Numbered from the stretch's first letter, positions 12,901 to 25,861 are shown. The stretch: 64,000 nucleotides of DNA from Squalus acanthias (GCA_030390025.1 CM059425.1:30320001-30384000); one strand, 5' to 3'. Translations and numbers: made by a program. The notes: generated from the letters alone by a model not told the origin.

Positions 12901-14572
12901 AGGGGGATTGTGATATACTTGAACAAATTAGTATTGAGAGGGAGGAGGTACTAGCGGTTTTAGCAGGCTTAAAAGTGGATAAATCCCCAGGCCCAGACGA
13001 GATGTATCCCAGGCTGCTGTGTGAGGCAAGGGAGGAGATTGCAGGGGCTCTGACACAAATTTTCAGAACCTCTCTGGCCACAGGGGAGGTCATGATGCGG
13101 AGATGCCGGTGTTGGACTGGGGTGGACAAAATTGAGAGGTCGCACAACACCAGGTTATAGTCCAACAGTTTTATTTGAAATCACAAGCTTTCAGAGCTAT
13201 CGGTGCCAGAGGACTGGAGAACAGATAACGTAGTACCATTATTCAAGAAGGGTAGTAGGGATAAACCAGGGAATTACAGGCCAGTGAGCCTAACATCAGT
13301 GGTAGGGAAATTATTGGAAAAAATTCTGAGGGACAGAATTAGTCTCCACTTGGAGAGGCAAGGATTAATCAAGGATAGTCAGCATGGCTTTGTCAGGGGG
13401 AGATCATGTCTAACCAATTTGATTGAATTTTTCGAGGGGGTGATTAGGTGTGTGGATGAGGGTAGTGCAGTTGATGTAGTCTACATGAACTTCCGTAAGG
13501 CTTTTGACAAAGTCCCACATGGGAGACTGGTCAAGAAGGTAAGAGCCCATGGGATCCAGGGCAATTTGGCACATTGGATCCAAAATTGGTTTAGTGGCAG
13601 GAGGCAGAGGGTGATGGTCGAAGGTTGTTTTTGTGACTGGAAGACTGTGTCCGTGGTGTACCGCAGGGATCGGTGCTGGGTCCTTTGCTGTTTGTAGTGT
13701 ACATTAATGATTTAGATATGAATGTAGGAGGTATGATCAGTAAGTTCGCAGATGACACGAAAATTGGTGGAGTGGTAAATAGCGAGGAGGGAAGCCTCAG
13801 GCTACAGGACGATATAGACGGGATGGTTAGATGGGCAGAACAGTGGCAAATGGAATTTAACCCTGAAATTTAACCTGGGTGTCCTTGTACACGAATCACT
13901 GAAAGTTAACATGCAGGTACAGCAAGCAATTAGGAAAGCAAATGGTATGTTGGCCTTTATTACAAGAGGATTTGAGTATAAGAGTAAAGACATCTTACTG
14001 CAATTATATGGGGCCCTGGTGAGACCACACCTGGATTATTGTGTACAGTTTTGGTCTCCTTACCTAAGGAAGGATATACTTGCCATAGAGGGAGTGCAAT
14101 GAAGGTTCACCAGACTGATTCCTGGGATGGAGGGGATTATCCTATGAAGAGAGATTGAATAGACTAGCATATATTCCTTAGAGTTTAGAAGACTGAGAGG
14201 TGATCTCATTGAAACATACAAAATTCTTACCCCTGACAGGGTAGATGCAGGGAGGATGTTTCCCCTGGCTGGGGAGTCTAGAACCAGGGGTCACAGTCTC
14301 AGAATAAGGGGTCAGCCATTTAGGACTGAGATGAGGAGAAATTTCTTCACTCCGAGGGTGGTGAATCTTTGGAATTCTCTACCCCAGAGGGCTGTGGAGG
14401 CTCAGTCATTGAGTATATTCAAGACAGAGATCGATAGATTTTTGGATATTAAGGGAATGAAGGAATACGGGGATAGTGCAGGAAAGCGGAGTTGAGGTAG
14501 ATCAGCCATGATCTTATTTGGCGGAGCAGGCTCGAGGGGTCAAATGGCCTGCTCCTGCTCCTATTTCTTATG
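9963..14572 (+). mobile_element. Near-full-length composite CR1 LINE: 5'UTR, ORF1 esterase and ORF2 APE-RT from two subfamilies; pseudogenised
   Basis: ORF1 (10194-~11133) has Cys motifs, GDSIVRG and VHVGTND. There are two APE N-termini (~11325 YLNARSIRNK; 11658 YFNARSLASK). RT motifs include NYRPVSLTS, KAFDKVPH and KFADDTK. The 3' UTR ends cctatttcttatg. Several stops and frameshifts are present. Confidence 0.92.
13091..13201 (-). mobile_element. Penelope-like terminal fragment (second family) inserted into CR1 ORF2
   Basis: The 111-bp insert splits the CR1 motif TGEV|PEDW, with GGT duplicated (13088-13090 and 13202-13204). The minus strand carries a GAAAGCTT half hammerhead. The family call is from my recall of shark Penelope-like ends. 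Confidence 0.6.
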
Positions 14573-14842
14573 TTTCTTCACAGGTTGGCACACCTGTCCA
14601 TCCCTCCATTCCTGTCATTCTGTTTTGCAATAGGCATTAGTGATTTACAGAAAATCAGTTCTGCAGGTGTGTAAAAAAATTCTAGTACAGAAAGTTCAAG
14701 GATTCTCAGTAGTGAGTACTCAATGCGTTAGAGCGTTAGGATCAGGCAAGGTGGAGCCAGTTTGTGATGTCATTGTCAATCATGCATGGGCGAAAAAAAT
14801 AAATCAGGGGTGGTGATTTGTTTCCTGCAAAGAAGGAATGGT

Positions 14843-15527
14843 AGGGCCAATTTTAACTGGGGCCAGGAGTCGTGTGGGCTGGGGCCGAGATGGGTGGCAA
14901 TCCACCTCTACAGCTCAAACTCATTTGCATATTGCTGAACCAGCGCAGTCGGGCAGCGTTTTATAACTTTGCTTTAAAAAATATTCCTTGATATATTTAA
15001 GAGTGGTAACCTGGTAAAGTTTGATTAATACAGCTGAAAATGGGGTTATCACAAAAAAATAAGCATTTTAAATCACAGTGTGAATCCACCACCTGTGAGT
15101 AACCCAATTTTAAATTGCTGAAAATGACTTTTAAAAAAATATACAGAACTATTTTCTAGTTAGATTGGGGTACAGTAGTCAGTTCCTTAGTAAATTTAAA
15201 AAAAAAATCATTCAAAACGTGTCTATTACTGTCATTACGTCCAAAAGATCCAGCTTAATTTTTGGAGCCTCCTCGAAGGCCTGCAAACAAGCGCAATTAG
15301 CGGAAACCCCAAATGGTGATTAATTCATTCTGGGGGGTGTGGCCAGTTTTGTATGCAGGGCCTACTTCTAGCGCAATGTTTTTTAAACGAGCGCAAAAGA
15401 TCGCGGAGACTCGAGTTGCGCTGAATGCAATTGGCGCTTAAAATTCCACCATCTTTTGCACTGGTTACGCCGATATCGGGGGAATAACGGCAAAAAAACC
15501 GGTGCAATCAAATGGAAACTCCAGGCC
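14843..15527. mobile_element. Probable Harbinger-type MITE(s)
   Basis: It starts GGGCCAATTTTAAC and ends GGAAACTCCAGGCC. CpG-rich ends flank an AT-rich core like the other MITEs here, but the termini do not pair cleanly. Confidence 0.45.
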
Positions 15528-15738
15528 TATTTAGTGTCATGTGTTTGGGGACAAAGAGATAGATGATCCATAAGACCTGCATTTGACTGACCAAAACTTG
15601 TCTTTTCTCAAGGTACAGAGGGTGACCCAGATACAGACATTTCTAGCAAAATACTGCGGATGCTGGAAATCTGAAATAACAACAGAAAATGCTGGAAATA
15701 CTCAGCAGGCCAGGCAGCATCCGTGGAGAGAGAAACAG

Positions 15739-15775
15739 AGTTAACGTTTCAGGTCTGGGACCCTTCATCAGAACT
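15739..15775 (-). ncRNA. Minimal type I hammerhead ribozyme motif (intact core)
   Basis: The minus strand reads AGTT-CTGATGA-AGGGTCccaGACCT-GAAA-CGTT-AACT: conserved core, stem II GGTC/GACC, stem I AGTT/AACT and a palindromic minimal stem III. Confidence 0.75.
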
Positions 15776-16656
15776 GGAAAAAGCTGGCGATGTAACAGAT
15801 ATTAAGCAGGTGCAGAGACAGGGGGGGGCGTGGGAGGGGAGGAAGGAATTGAAGGAATATACTGTGCTTATATAAGAGGCAGGAAAGATAAAATGTTGCA
15901 AATGGAAATGGCAAAATAATACAGCATGAAAAATGGGGGCAGGGGTTATAGTTTGAAATTGTTGAACTCAATGTTGAGTCCAGAAGGCTGTAAAGTGCCT
16001 AATCGAAAGATGAGGTCCTGTTCCTCGAGCTTACGTTGAGCTTCATTGGAACAATGTAATAGGCCGAGGACAGAGAGATCAGAGTGGGAGTGAAGCAGAG
16101 AATTAAAGTGACAGGCGACCGGAAGCTCAGGGTCACCCTTACGGACTGAATGGTTTGGTCTCCCCAATGTAGAGGAAACCGCATCGTGAGCAGCGAATAC
16201 AGTATACTAAATTGCAAGAAGTACAAGTAAATCGCTGTTTCACCTGGAAGGGGTGTTTGGGGCCCTGGACAGTGGGAAGGGAGGAGGTAAAAGGGCAGGT
16301 GTTGCCTGAGCTTCCGGTCGCCTGTCACTTTAATTCTCCGCTTCACTCCCACTCTGATCTCTCTGTCCTCGGCCTATTACATTGTTCCAATGAAGTTCAA
16401 CGTAAGCTCGAGGAACAGGACCTCATCTTTCGATTAGGCCAATTACAGCCTTCTGGACTCAACATTGAGTTCAACAATTTCAAACTATAACCCCTGCCCC
16501 CATTTTTCATGCTGTATTATTTTGCCATTCCCATTTGCAACATTTTATCTTTCCTGCCTCTTACATAAGCACAGTATGTTCCTTCAATTCCTTCCACCCC
16601 CCGCCCCCCCTTTTCTCTGCACCTGCTTAATATCTGTTACATCTCCAGCTTTTTCC

Positions 16657-16693
16657 AGTTCTGATGAAGGGTCCCAGACCTGAAACATTACCT
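16657..16693 (+). ncRNA. Hammerhead ribozyme motif, probably inactivated
   Basis: AGTTCTGATGAAGGGTCCCAGACCTGAAACATTACCT has two substitutions relative to GAAACGTTAACT, breaking stem III and stem I pairs. Confidence 0.6.
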
Positions 16694-17167
16694 CTGTTTC
16701 TCTCTCCATGGATGCTGCCTGGCCTGCTGAGTATTTCCAGCATTTTCTGTTGTTATTACAGACATTTCTAGATCTGGTTGCAACATTCAGTGATGCTCTG
16801 AGAATATACGCAATCCCCTGTTTCACCATCAAAGAGCATTGCTCTGTACTTAACATAAAATAACCTGTGCTATTAATAAAGCCATAAATAAATGTCAATA
16901 GTTATTTATCATGCAACTCAGTCTCATTCACACATCAAAAGCACTGTTTCTTCCTTTATGAGTTTCTACTGTGTTATCGAAGTCTCTTTCATTCTAACCC
17001 TATCTGGTTGTTATCAGTATTGTGTGTCGCATTCACATTTATCTCTGCTTTTTGATCTCTAAAACTAGAGATGATCCAAGAATGTTAAAAGTTCCAAAAG
17101 CACAATTTAAGGCATTTGGTATGTGTGTGTTTCTTTTTGCTCTTTGGTGGCTTTTTTTGTTTATGAA

Positions 17168-18146
17168 CATGATTTGGACGAAGGGATTAAATGTAATATC
17201 TCCAAATTTGCGGATGACACTAAATTGGGAGGCAGTGTGAACAATGAGGAGGATGCTAGGAGGCTACAGAGTGACTTGGACAGGTTGGGTGAATGGGCAA
17301 ATGTATGGCAGATGAAGTACAATGTGGATAAATGTGAGGTTATCCACTTTGGTGGTAAAAATAGAGAGGCGGACTATTACCTGAATGGTGGCAGATTAGG
17401 GAAAGGGGACGTGCAACGAGACCTGGGCGTCATGGTACATCAGTCACTGAAGGTGGGAATGCAAGTGCAGCAGGCAGTCAAGAAAGCAAACGGAATGATG
17501 GCCTTCATAGCAAGGGGATTTGAGTACAGGAGTAGGGAGGTGATGCTACAGTTGTACAGGGCCTTGGTGAGGCCACACCTGGAGTATTGTGCGCAGTTTT
17601 GGTCTCCTAACTTAAGGAAGGACATTCTTGCTATTGAGGGAGTGCAGCGAAGGTTCACTAGATTGATTCCTGGGATGGCCGGACTGACATATCAAGAAAG
17701 ATTGGGTCAACTGAACTTGTATCCTCTGGAGTTCAGAAGAATGAGGGGGGATCTTATAGAGACATTTAAAATCCTGACTGGTTTAGACAAATTAGATGCG
17801 GGCAGAATGTTCCCAATGGTAGGGAAAACTAGAACCAGGGGTCACAGTCTAAGGATTAAGGGGAAGCCATTTAGGACTGAGCTGAGGAGGAACTTCTTCA
17901 CCCAGAGAGTGGTGAATCTATGGAATTCTCTTCCACAGAAGGTTGTTGAGGCCAGTTCGCTAAATATATTCAAAAGGGAGTTAGATATAACACTCACAAC
18001 TAAGGGGATCAAGGGGTATGGCGAGAAAGCAGGAATGGGGTACTGAGGTAGCATGTTCAGCCATGAACGCATTGAATGGCGGTGCAGGCTCGAAGGACCG
18101 AATGGTCTACTCCTGTACCTATTTTCTATGTTTCTATGTTTCTATG
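17168..18146 (+). mobile_element. 5'-truncated CR1 LINE (RT C-terminus and 3'UTR)
   Basis: ORF 17123-18046 contains [31 protein letters not shown] and FFTQRVVNLWNSLP. The tail is (TTTCTATG)3. Confidence 0.95.
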
Positions 18147-20714
18147 TAACACACCTTTGAAATAGTTCTGTTTTATTTACATGTTACTCTAAACCTTGTC
18201 GTTCCCTAAACTGAAGAAAATTTTTCCAGTGAAGTGCCCCAGTAAATACAACTGAGATATTGTCCATCAGAATGAATTTTGTACGGGCATTATCAACTCA
18301 GGCTGACTTGATTCTTTCTAGCAATTCTATAATTACTGGTCAAATTCTTTTCAATATTTTAAAATCTTGGTAAATCGAAGGATAAAAATAATGGGGCAAT
18401 AGGTGATTGGATTATGTCATCAAGCCTCTGATCACATTTTTGCATTTTCATGTCTTTCTCTGTTTGTAATGAAGGTGAAAACTGATTTTCAAGTCACTTT
18501 AACATTGCAGCACTGCCCCTTCAAGATATTCCCTCAACAAGACAATAGCTCCTGATAAATTAACAAAGGATTGAGTCTACATTACTTTTTAATGTAACTT
18601 TCCTGATATTTGTGTAATTAACAATCCTTCCCTACATAATCTTATACTAAAGATTACAAGCAAACTGATCAAAAAAGTTTAAAATATAAATAGAGAGGGG
18701 GATAAACAATTAAATGCTAGCCTCGCATCATAACTTATAAAGCCTACTTATAGCAGGCATAATCATTGGTGTATTTTATCACTTCCATGACAGCTTATCC
18801 TGAAACCCATTCAGCCTGATAAAATAATGATATGTAACAGTCCATCACTAATCAAATAACTTCACAAAGCTAGAACCTTAGGATATGAGGGTCAACACAC
18901 ATTCATATTTAACTCGCTGAAAAATGCTTGCTAATCGGTAACTCACTGTCATTTTGAGCTCTGGCTTTTCTCTGAGTTAGTAACCCATCCTCTACGTGCA
19001 TCTGCTTAATATAAGATGAAGACTTTTGTTAACGTCTGTTACATTGAATAGGATAACCCTTTCCCATTAATTTAATTTCCCTTTTCATCCTCAATCGCAA
19101 TACTACCCAAGCACTGTTAATTCACTTTAGTGACTGTACTTTCAAAATAAACTTTTTTTTTGTTACGGAACCCTTGTCTGCTAATGTATGTCTGTCATTA
19201 ATTGTTTCTGTTCCTCTAACAATGGCCGTATAATAATAGAATTGGAATTTCAAAAGATTACTTAAAAAAAGAAAATCAGCGTAAAAATGAATTAACAATG
19301 GAATAGTCATTATTGGACTGAAAATTATTTGAAAGTTCTATAAAACTGTGTATCACTTCTGGCTAAGAGAATCCCATGTGCAAATAACAAGGTTTCACAG
19401 GTCAAAGCACTTGCCTTAAAGAGAAAAGTTAAATGTATGTGATTCGCTTATTCTTGCTATTACATTACAAACATTGAAGTTAATCTCAAAATACAGCTTC
19501 CTAGCATTTATGTACAAAGCTTCTATTTATGAGGTTATTCTGTTGTGCTTTCTCATTGCTGCTCATTAATGAGATCCCCTCTGATTCCAGCAAGCACTGT
19601 CTGTTTTAATTACCCTTTTATATGTATTCTTCTCATTGCTGGGCACTTTAGATCATTTGAATGTGAATACATCTCTCTCAGACTGAGTTATGATCTGCAT
19701 AACACTGTGTTGGTAACACATGGGAGCACACACTGGCAAACAGATGGATTCAAAGAGTCTATTGTACTTCTCTGAATCAATTACACTTTCTGAAGTTTGT
19801 GAAGACCATTAAATCTTTGTAAAATAATGATTTTTCTGCAAGCTGAAATTTCTACTCTGGTCTTAATAGCTAAAAATGTAACCTGAAAATAAATCTGAAT
19901 TTCAGCAGGTTTATTGCTTTTCATCCATAGTTTGCTTTCCAGCTAAAGACTACTTATTATTTTTTTAATTCTTCTGCAGAAAATGCTTCTGCTGCAGTTA
20001 AGAGTATAATTAAAATGTATTGGACTGCACTGCCTCTGAGAGCCATCATTATACTGCAGGCAGTGGTATTTACAATATAAATATTTTGTGTTATTGTTTC
20101 AATAGAACTGTTGAAATTGTTTTTTTTTTAAATAATCTTAATTCATAAAATAATCTTCATCCAAATTTGCAAAACGTGTTTGATGTTTACAAATAAAATA
20201 AATTCTGCCAACTATAAGGGGTAGTCACAAACCAACAGTTAGATACCTGCATCTCTTGGGTACTTTGTGATCACTAAATATCCTTTAATTTACAATGTGG
20301 AAAACTCATTTCTTTCTTGTTGGAATTTTAATATATTCAGTGCACAGAAATATTCAAATGTTTTAAGTGTCATTATCTCACACATTAATTTGCTACAAAA
20401 TTTAAGGCAAAAGTTGGTTTTAATACAAGGGGTGGAAAGAAAAGGGAAGATTCAGTAGAATACAAAATTCTCCTGCCTCTTCTAGCATTTCTTTGATTTT
20501 TCCCTGCATAGCTAATTCACCGTCCCCTTTCCATTTATCATAAAGTGAGGGACTAAGTGTGAGAGGAGAACTGGAAAAACCAAGAGGAAAATAGCATGAT
20601 AAAGAACTTGTAGGAATGAATACACCAAGCTATGTTGCAACATGATGATGTCCTGTTTTGAAGGCAGTATTATGAAGGAGGTGAGCAGGAGATCCCTCAT
20701 TGCTTTCCTATAAG

Positions 20715-21000
20715 ATAGCCACTAACAGATTAAATAAAGAATTTAGGAGGAATTTCTTTGCACACAAATTGGTGAGAATGTGGAACTCGCTGCCAGGTGG
20801 AGTGGCTGAAGCAAATAACACTGACGTGTTTAAGGGGCGACAGATGCATACATGAGGGAGAAGGGAATAGAGGGTTATAGGGGCAGGGTGGTGGGAATGA
20901 GGTAATTGGAGTAAGAGGAGGCTCGTGTGGAGTATAAACACTGGAATAGGCCCGCTTTGCTGAATAGCCTGTTTCAGTGCTGAATATTCCATTTAATTCC
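20715..21000 (+). mobile_element. Degenerate CR1 3' fragment
   Basis: aggaatttctttgcacacaaattggtgagaatgtggaactcgctgcc and a 3'UTR similar to 24200-24460. Confidence 0.7.
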
Positions 21001-22206
21001 TACATTTTCCTTTCTTGCGCTCTCTATTTGCTTGCCTATTAAAAATAGCTCCCGCTGGTAAGGTCGAGTACTGGATAACTCTGCTATGTGTGTTTATAAG
21101 AGATATAGGCCTGGAATTTCTCCATCATCAAGGTTCCTGCTACAATTGGGATAGTATGGGAATTTTGGTCACTAGGCCAACCCTGCAGTGAGCCAGGCCC
21201 ATTTTCCAGGGTTGGGTTATTATGTATTTAGGGTGGGCTCTTACCACTAACAACACTCTTCATTAGGAGTCCACCTCCAAGTGGGAAAGAAATCAAGTGA
21301 CGCAGCAGCTTAAAGAGGCAGGCCACCAATTGTTCCAGCAGCAGCAAACAGTTAGCAGCAGCAGTGCCTGAAAGAGCAGCCTTCCTTCTGGGAGAAACAG
21401 AGGGAAATCCCATGGAGCGCTAAGGCCCGCCCACTCACGGTCATTTACATGAGGCAGGGTGAGCAATGCTTTGGCACAGCAATCGTCCTACAGGAGGGAT
21501 AGAGAACAATTCTGGCAGTCATTTTTAGGGGCAGGAAACCAGCAGGTCTCCTCTAGTATCCACCCTAGTACCACCCAAAAATGGATGTTATTCTGGAGGA
21601 AAAGCCAAGCTGCACTGACTAGCCTGCGGAGTACCCATAGGTACTTCCAAGCCATGAGCACCAAACGGGGAGCCAGCCCAATTTCAGTAGCCATGATGTT
21701 GACGGTGTAAGTCCAGAAGGAGAAGCTCAGGAAAAAGTGAGTGTGTATCTAATGGGAAGCAGACAGCAGTTTCCTATTCAGTGGTCAAAGGGTTACACAG
21801 AGTCAGCATTTGTATAAATTCAGCACGATTAGTAATTTTGATCAAGTCATTAACTGTAAATTAGATACACATTATTTTAGGAGCTAGTGATCACATGGAA
21901 AGGAGTGGAACAGAGAGAGGATTGGAGAACAGGGGCTGGATATCAGGCAAGGAGTGGAACAGAGAAAGGGTTAGAACGGAGGAGAGAACAGAGATAAAGC
22001 AAGGGAATGAGAAACAAAAAAATATGATGGAACTACAGCATGATGGAAATGAATTTCACTCAGCAAGTAGAAATTGCACATCAATAATACAGTTCTTCAT
22101 TTTCAATACACCTATCGTGGGCCAGTAAGAAATATCAAGCAATAAATAAACGGGCATTCTTCATGCTTTGCACAAAATTGTAATGAGTCCTTAAAGAAGG
22201 CACCTG

Positions 22207-22366
22207 GGAGTTGCATTTCCACAGGGGTTCTCCCGATCTTCAGCAGAAGATCCATGGAAACCCTGGAAAAAAGGTATAAATGGCATTTATTTCTCAAGGG
22301 TTTCCATGGATTTTTCTCCAAAGTTCTGGCGGACGATCAGGAGAACCCCTCTGGAAATTCAACCCC
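22207..22366. mobile_element. Short palindromic MITE (Harbinger-like)
   Basis: Left GGAGTTGCATTTCCACAGGGGTTCTCCCGATC pairs with right GATCAGGAGAACCCCTCTGGAAATTCAACCCC. Inner arms TCCATGGAAACCC and GGGTTTCCATGGA also pair. Confidence 0.7.
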
Positions 22367-22486
22367 ATGGTCTTCCAACACTGGGGAGCAAACAATTTGA
22401 ATTTGAAAGTAGTGAAAGTAACGACTGGTGCTAAAGCATCAAGAAAATAGCTCAAATATGTAATTGTATGAAAATCTAAGGGTGTA

Positions 22487-22990
22487 TTTTTTTATTTGTT
22501 CTTGGGATGTGGGTGACACTGGCAAGGCAACATTTATTGCCCATCCCTAGCTGCCATAAGGTGGTGATGATGGGTCTTCTTCTTGAACCACTGCAGTCCT
22601 TGTGGTAATGGTACTCTCACAATGGTGTTAGGTAGGGAATTCCAGGATATTGACAATGAAGGAACCGCAATATATGTTCAAGTCAGGATGGAATGTGACT
22701 GAGACGTGATGATGTTCCCATAATAGTGCTGCTCTTGTCCTTCTTGATGGAAGAAGTGGCAGGGGCACTGATGAAGCAGACTGCTTTGTCCTGGATAACA
22801 TCAAGATTCTTGAATGTTTTTGCAGCTGCCCCCATCCAGCTGAGTGGTGAGTATCCCATCACAATGCTGATTTGAGTTTTGGAGATTGTGGAGAGGTGAA
22901 CCACCCAGCACAGAGTACTCAGACTCTGCCCTGCTCCTGTAGTTATGGTGTTGATATGGTTGGTCTAGTTAAGCTTCAGGTCAATGTGAT
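22487..22990 (-). mobile_element. Degenerate CR1-group (Zenon/Crack-like) LINE 3' fragment
   Basis: Homologous to 47166-47810; peptide remnant VMGYSPLSWMGAAAKTFKNLDVIQDKAVC. Confidence 0.8.
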
Positions 22991-23502
22991 ATCAATGGGA
23001 TTGTTATGTTACAAGTATTGATCTCCACAGTGGAGGCCACGGACAGGCGCACCCCACTGATTTTCTGGGCCGATATCTCAGTTAGATTATTTGTTTGTTC
23101 ATTGCTATTTTACTAATTTTGTATAATATTTGGAACTTGAAATGAGATCTCGTGATGCATTACCACCTTTGAAGACTGAAGTAAGATTTTATAGAGGTAT
23201 AGGATAGTCGAGCATCTGATAACAATTACCAAACAGGGTTTGTTGTTTGTTTACAGGGGCATGTTATTGAAAGCTTGCCTAGATTTCAAGGCAAAGATGA
23301 GAGTAATCTAAGATATGACAGCCAAAATAATCTAGGGCAAAATGGTATGCAAAGACCAAAAAATCTAACACCGACAGTGCAATCATTCTTCCCACGACTA
23401 TAACATGACTTTCTGCACATGTCCTGGCCTCCCCATCAACAGTTCAGAATTTTGGACTCTTAAATGATGTGACAGTAGACCACCGTTTTGTTCTCACATT
23501 AG

Positions 23503-23657
23503 GAACATAGAAACAGGAGTAGGCCATTCAGCTCCTCGAGCCTGTTATGCCATTCAATGAGATCATGGCTGATCTGCGACCTAACTCTATATACCCGCCT
23601 TTGGCCCATATCCCTCAATACCTTTGGTTAACAAAAAGCTGTCAATCTTCGATTTAG
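23503..23657 (-). mobile_element. CR1 3' end fragment
   Basis: aacatagaaacaggagtaggccattcagctcctcgagcctg is the reverse complement of a CR1 3'UTR. Confidence 0.75.
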
Positions 23658-24014
23658 ATCAATAATCCATCGGCGCCCATTATAACCTTGTGAGATAATG
23701 AAGCTTAGTGGAAGTGCAAGAATTTTATGAGACTTCCTCTTAAATGGCACATCACAGCTTTTAACATAAGGATAGGCTGTTTAAATTTGATTTTAGGAAG
23801 TTCTAAAGGTCCTCAGGCTGATCTGATGAGCTCCAGAGTAAGAATTCAACTTCAGATTTCGGTTGCTGCTGTGCAGTATTACAGCTGGCTCTGGAAGTGA
23901 TGTTTCCAGTAGATGATTCAAAAAAAATTGCGGCAGTAACCATGTAATCTGAAGCCTCAAAGATACTGTCATTTTAGTGTATGTCTGTATAATCTGTGAG
24001 CTTTCCTGTTAAAT

Positions 24015-24465
24015 GTAAGGTGAATACCAGAAATGCGAGGGTATACATATCAGAAAAGGATGAACAGGCTGGGTCTCTTTTCTCTTGAAAGAAGGCTGAG
24101 GGGTGACCTAATAGAGGTCTTTAAAATTATGAAAGGTTTTGATAGAGTGGATACAGAGAGAATGTTTCCACTAGAGGCCATCAATATAAGATAGTCACCA
24201 AGAGATCCAATTGGGAATTCAGAAGAAACCTCTTTACCTAAAGAGTTGTGAGTATGTGGAACTCGCTACCACAGGGAGTGGTTGAAGCGAATAATATAGA
24301 TGCATTTAAGGGGAGGCTAGACAAGCATATGAGGGAAAAGGGAATAGAGGGTTATGCTGATAGATTTAGATGAGGAAAGACGGGAGGAGGCTCATGTGGA
24401 GCATAAACGCCGGCATGGACTGGTTGGGCCGAATGACCTGTTTCTGTGCCGTATATCCTGTGTAA
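24015..24465 (+). mobile_element. Degenerate CR1 3' fragment
   Basis: RLRGDLIEVFKIMKGFDRVD and RVVSMWNSLPQ remnants followed by a 3'UTR. Confidence 0.8.
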
Positions 24466-24950
24466 GTTTGAAGAAAACCAATATGTTAAACCAGAAGAAA
24501 ATTGAGATGAAAAGTAAATATTTTATGCTAAATAGTTACTTGAAAGGTGGCTGTGGGTGGTCCACTTCTGATGCAATTGAATCTGATTTGCATCTCTTCT
24601 TTCATCCTCTTCTTCCACCTCCTCCAAATATTAGAATTGCAATATCCAGAATTTTGATTGCAGCAATGATGAATGCTGCTGACAAAAATCTGAGGCTAAA
24701 ACCTTCAAAAATAAATACATTTCCGAAACATTGAGCAATTCAGTTGTCACAAACTTCAAGTCTGTTTTCATAGATGGTATAGATGAGCTACTGCCTGTTG
24801 AAATAATGGCTTCCTCAGCCTGGAAATGCCAGATTTGGAGTGCCTTGTCAGGGAATTGTGCCTGCTATAATTTCAATGCTATTGGCATTAATTTTAATAT
24901 TGAAGAGACACTTGCTCATTTTGGTCAAGAGCGCTGTAGGTCAAATTGAT

Positions 24951-25662
24951 GGGCCAAATCTTGCTGGAAAAGTAACGGTGTGTTAACGATGCATGCCGTT
25001 ATTAATGCACAAGAGATATGCCGCATGTTGCTGGTCAATTTACGCCGCTCTGCCATTTGCTTCACATAAAGAGCATCGTGCCCTTAGCCTCCCCGTTATT
25101 CTTAAGAACTTGCTGAAATTGCACATTAATTGCCCATTAAACTTGCCTCAGAAAGTTAAGGCTGGTGATTAAGAACATAAGTACCCTTTTACCAATGTGA
25201 TAATTATTAATGCAACGCCAATCAATCTCTTTGGCCCAGAAAGGGAACAATTTAAATTGTTCAATCTCATTCCTACATATAGTAAATTGTTGTTAGAGAT
25301 TTCAAAAATGTCAATGTTTTATTTTATTTTTTCTTACTTTCCTGTGTCTCTTTTTGCTCTCTCTCCCTGAATTCAATCTTTCTTTCCCTCTCTACTACTC
25401 TTTCTGTACCTGATTTGACCCTGATTCACCTTCCTTCTCTGTCATTCCTCTGTTTCTTTCTCAATCCTTTAATCTCATTGGTTAAGGCGATACACTGTTG
25501 GCCCGATCGTTCACTAAGGTCCCAGATGTCCCATTGCCTTTGCCATGCCATTATCAGTTCGCACTTCCAGAAAGTCACAGCACAAGCATTTTTCGAGGTG
25601 AAGGGTGCAGGAAAACGTTTAACTAACGGCATGAGATGCCCCGCTCCTGCAAGATTTGTCCC
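24951..25662. mobile_element. Harbinger-type MITE
   Basis: TIRs GGGCCAAATCTTGC and GCAAGATTTGTCCC (one mismatch); flanks GAT/AAT. Confidence 0.75.
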
Positions 25663-25861
25663 AATGCCGCAAAGCGCACAATAGGCAGAGAGATCCAGCG
25701 AAAGTGTTTTTCCATCTAATTACCCAGTATCCCCTTCCATCTGCACTACTGGCACCAAAAGAGAAAATCTGTTTTGCATTTGTAAGAGAGAAATTGGATT
25801 GAAGAAAAAAACCAAGAGACAAAATGATGAGAAGAGTGAGCAACAGAAGGAGAAAAACATT

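Larger units (their letters stand above)
15647..16756. mobile_element. Penelope-like element insertion with an inverted (palindromic) structure, encoding a GIY-YIG endonuclease C-terminus
   Basis: Arms ~15674-16131 and 16305-16757 are reverse complements. The peptide LPVACHFNS...RKLEEQDLIFRLG.LQPSGLNIEFNNFKL* is on both strands, and CGFLYIGET lies in the spacer. The 15-bp TSD TACAGACATTTCTAG sits at 15632-15646 and 16757-16771. Confidence 0.93.

Noticed and set aside
21107..21745. Possible further decayed Harbinger/Myb remnant
   Set aside because: Only a TIR-like start and vague similarity are visible; I could not align a peptide convincingly.
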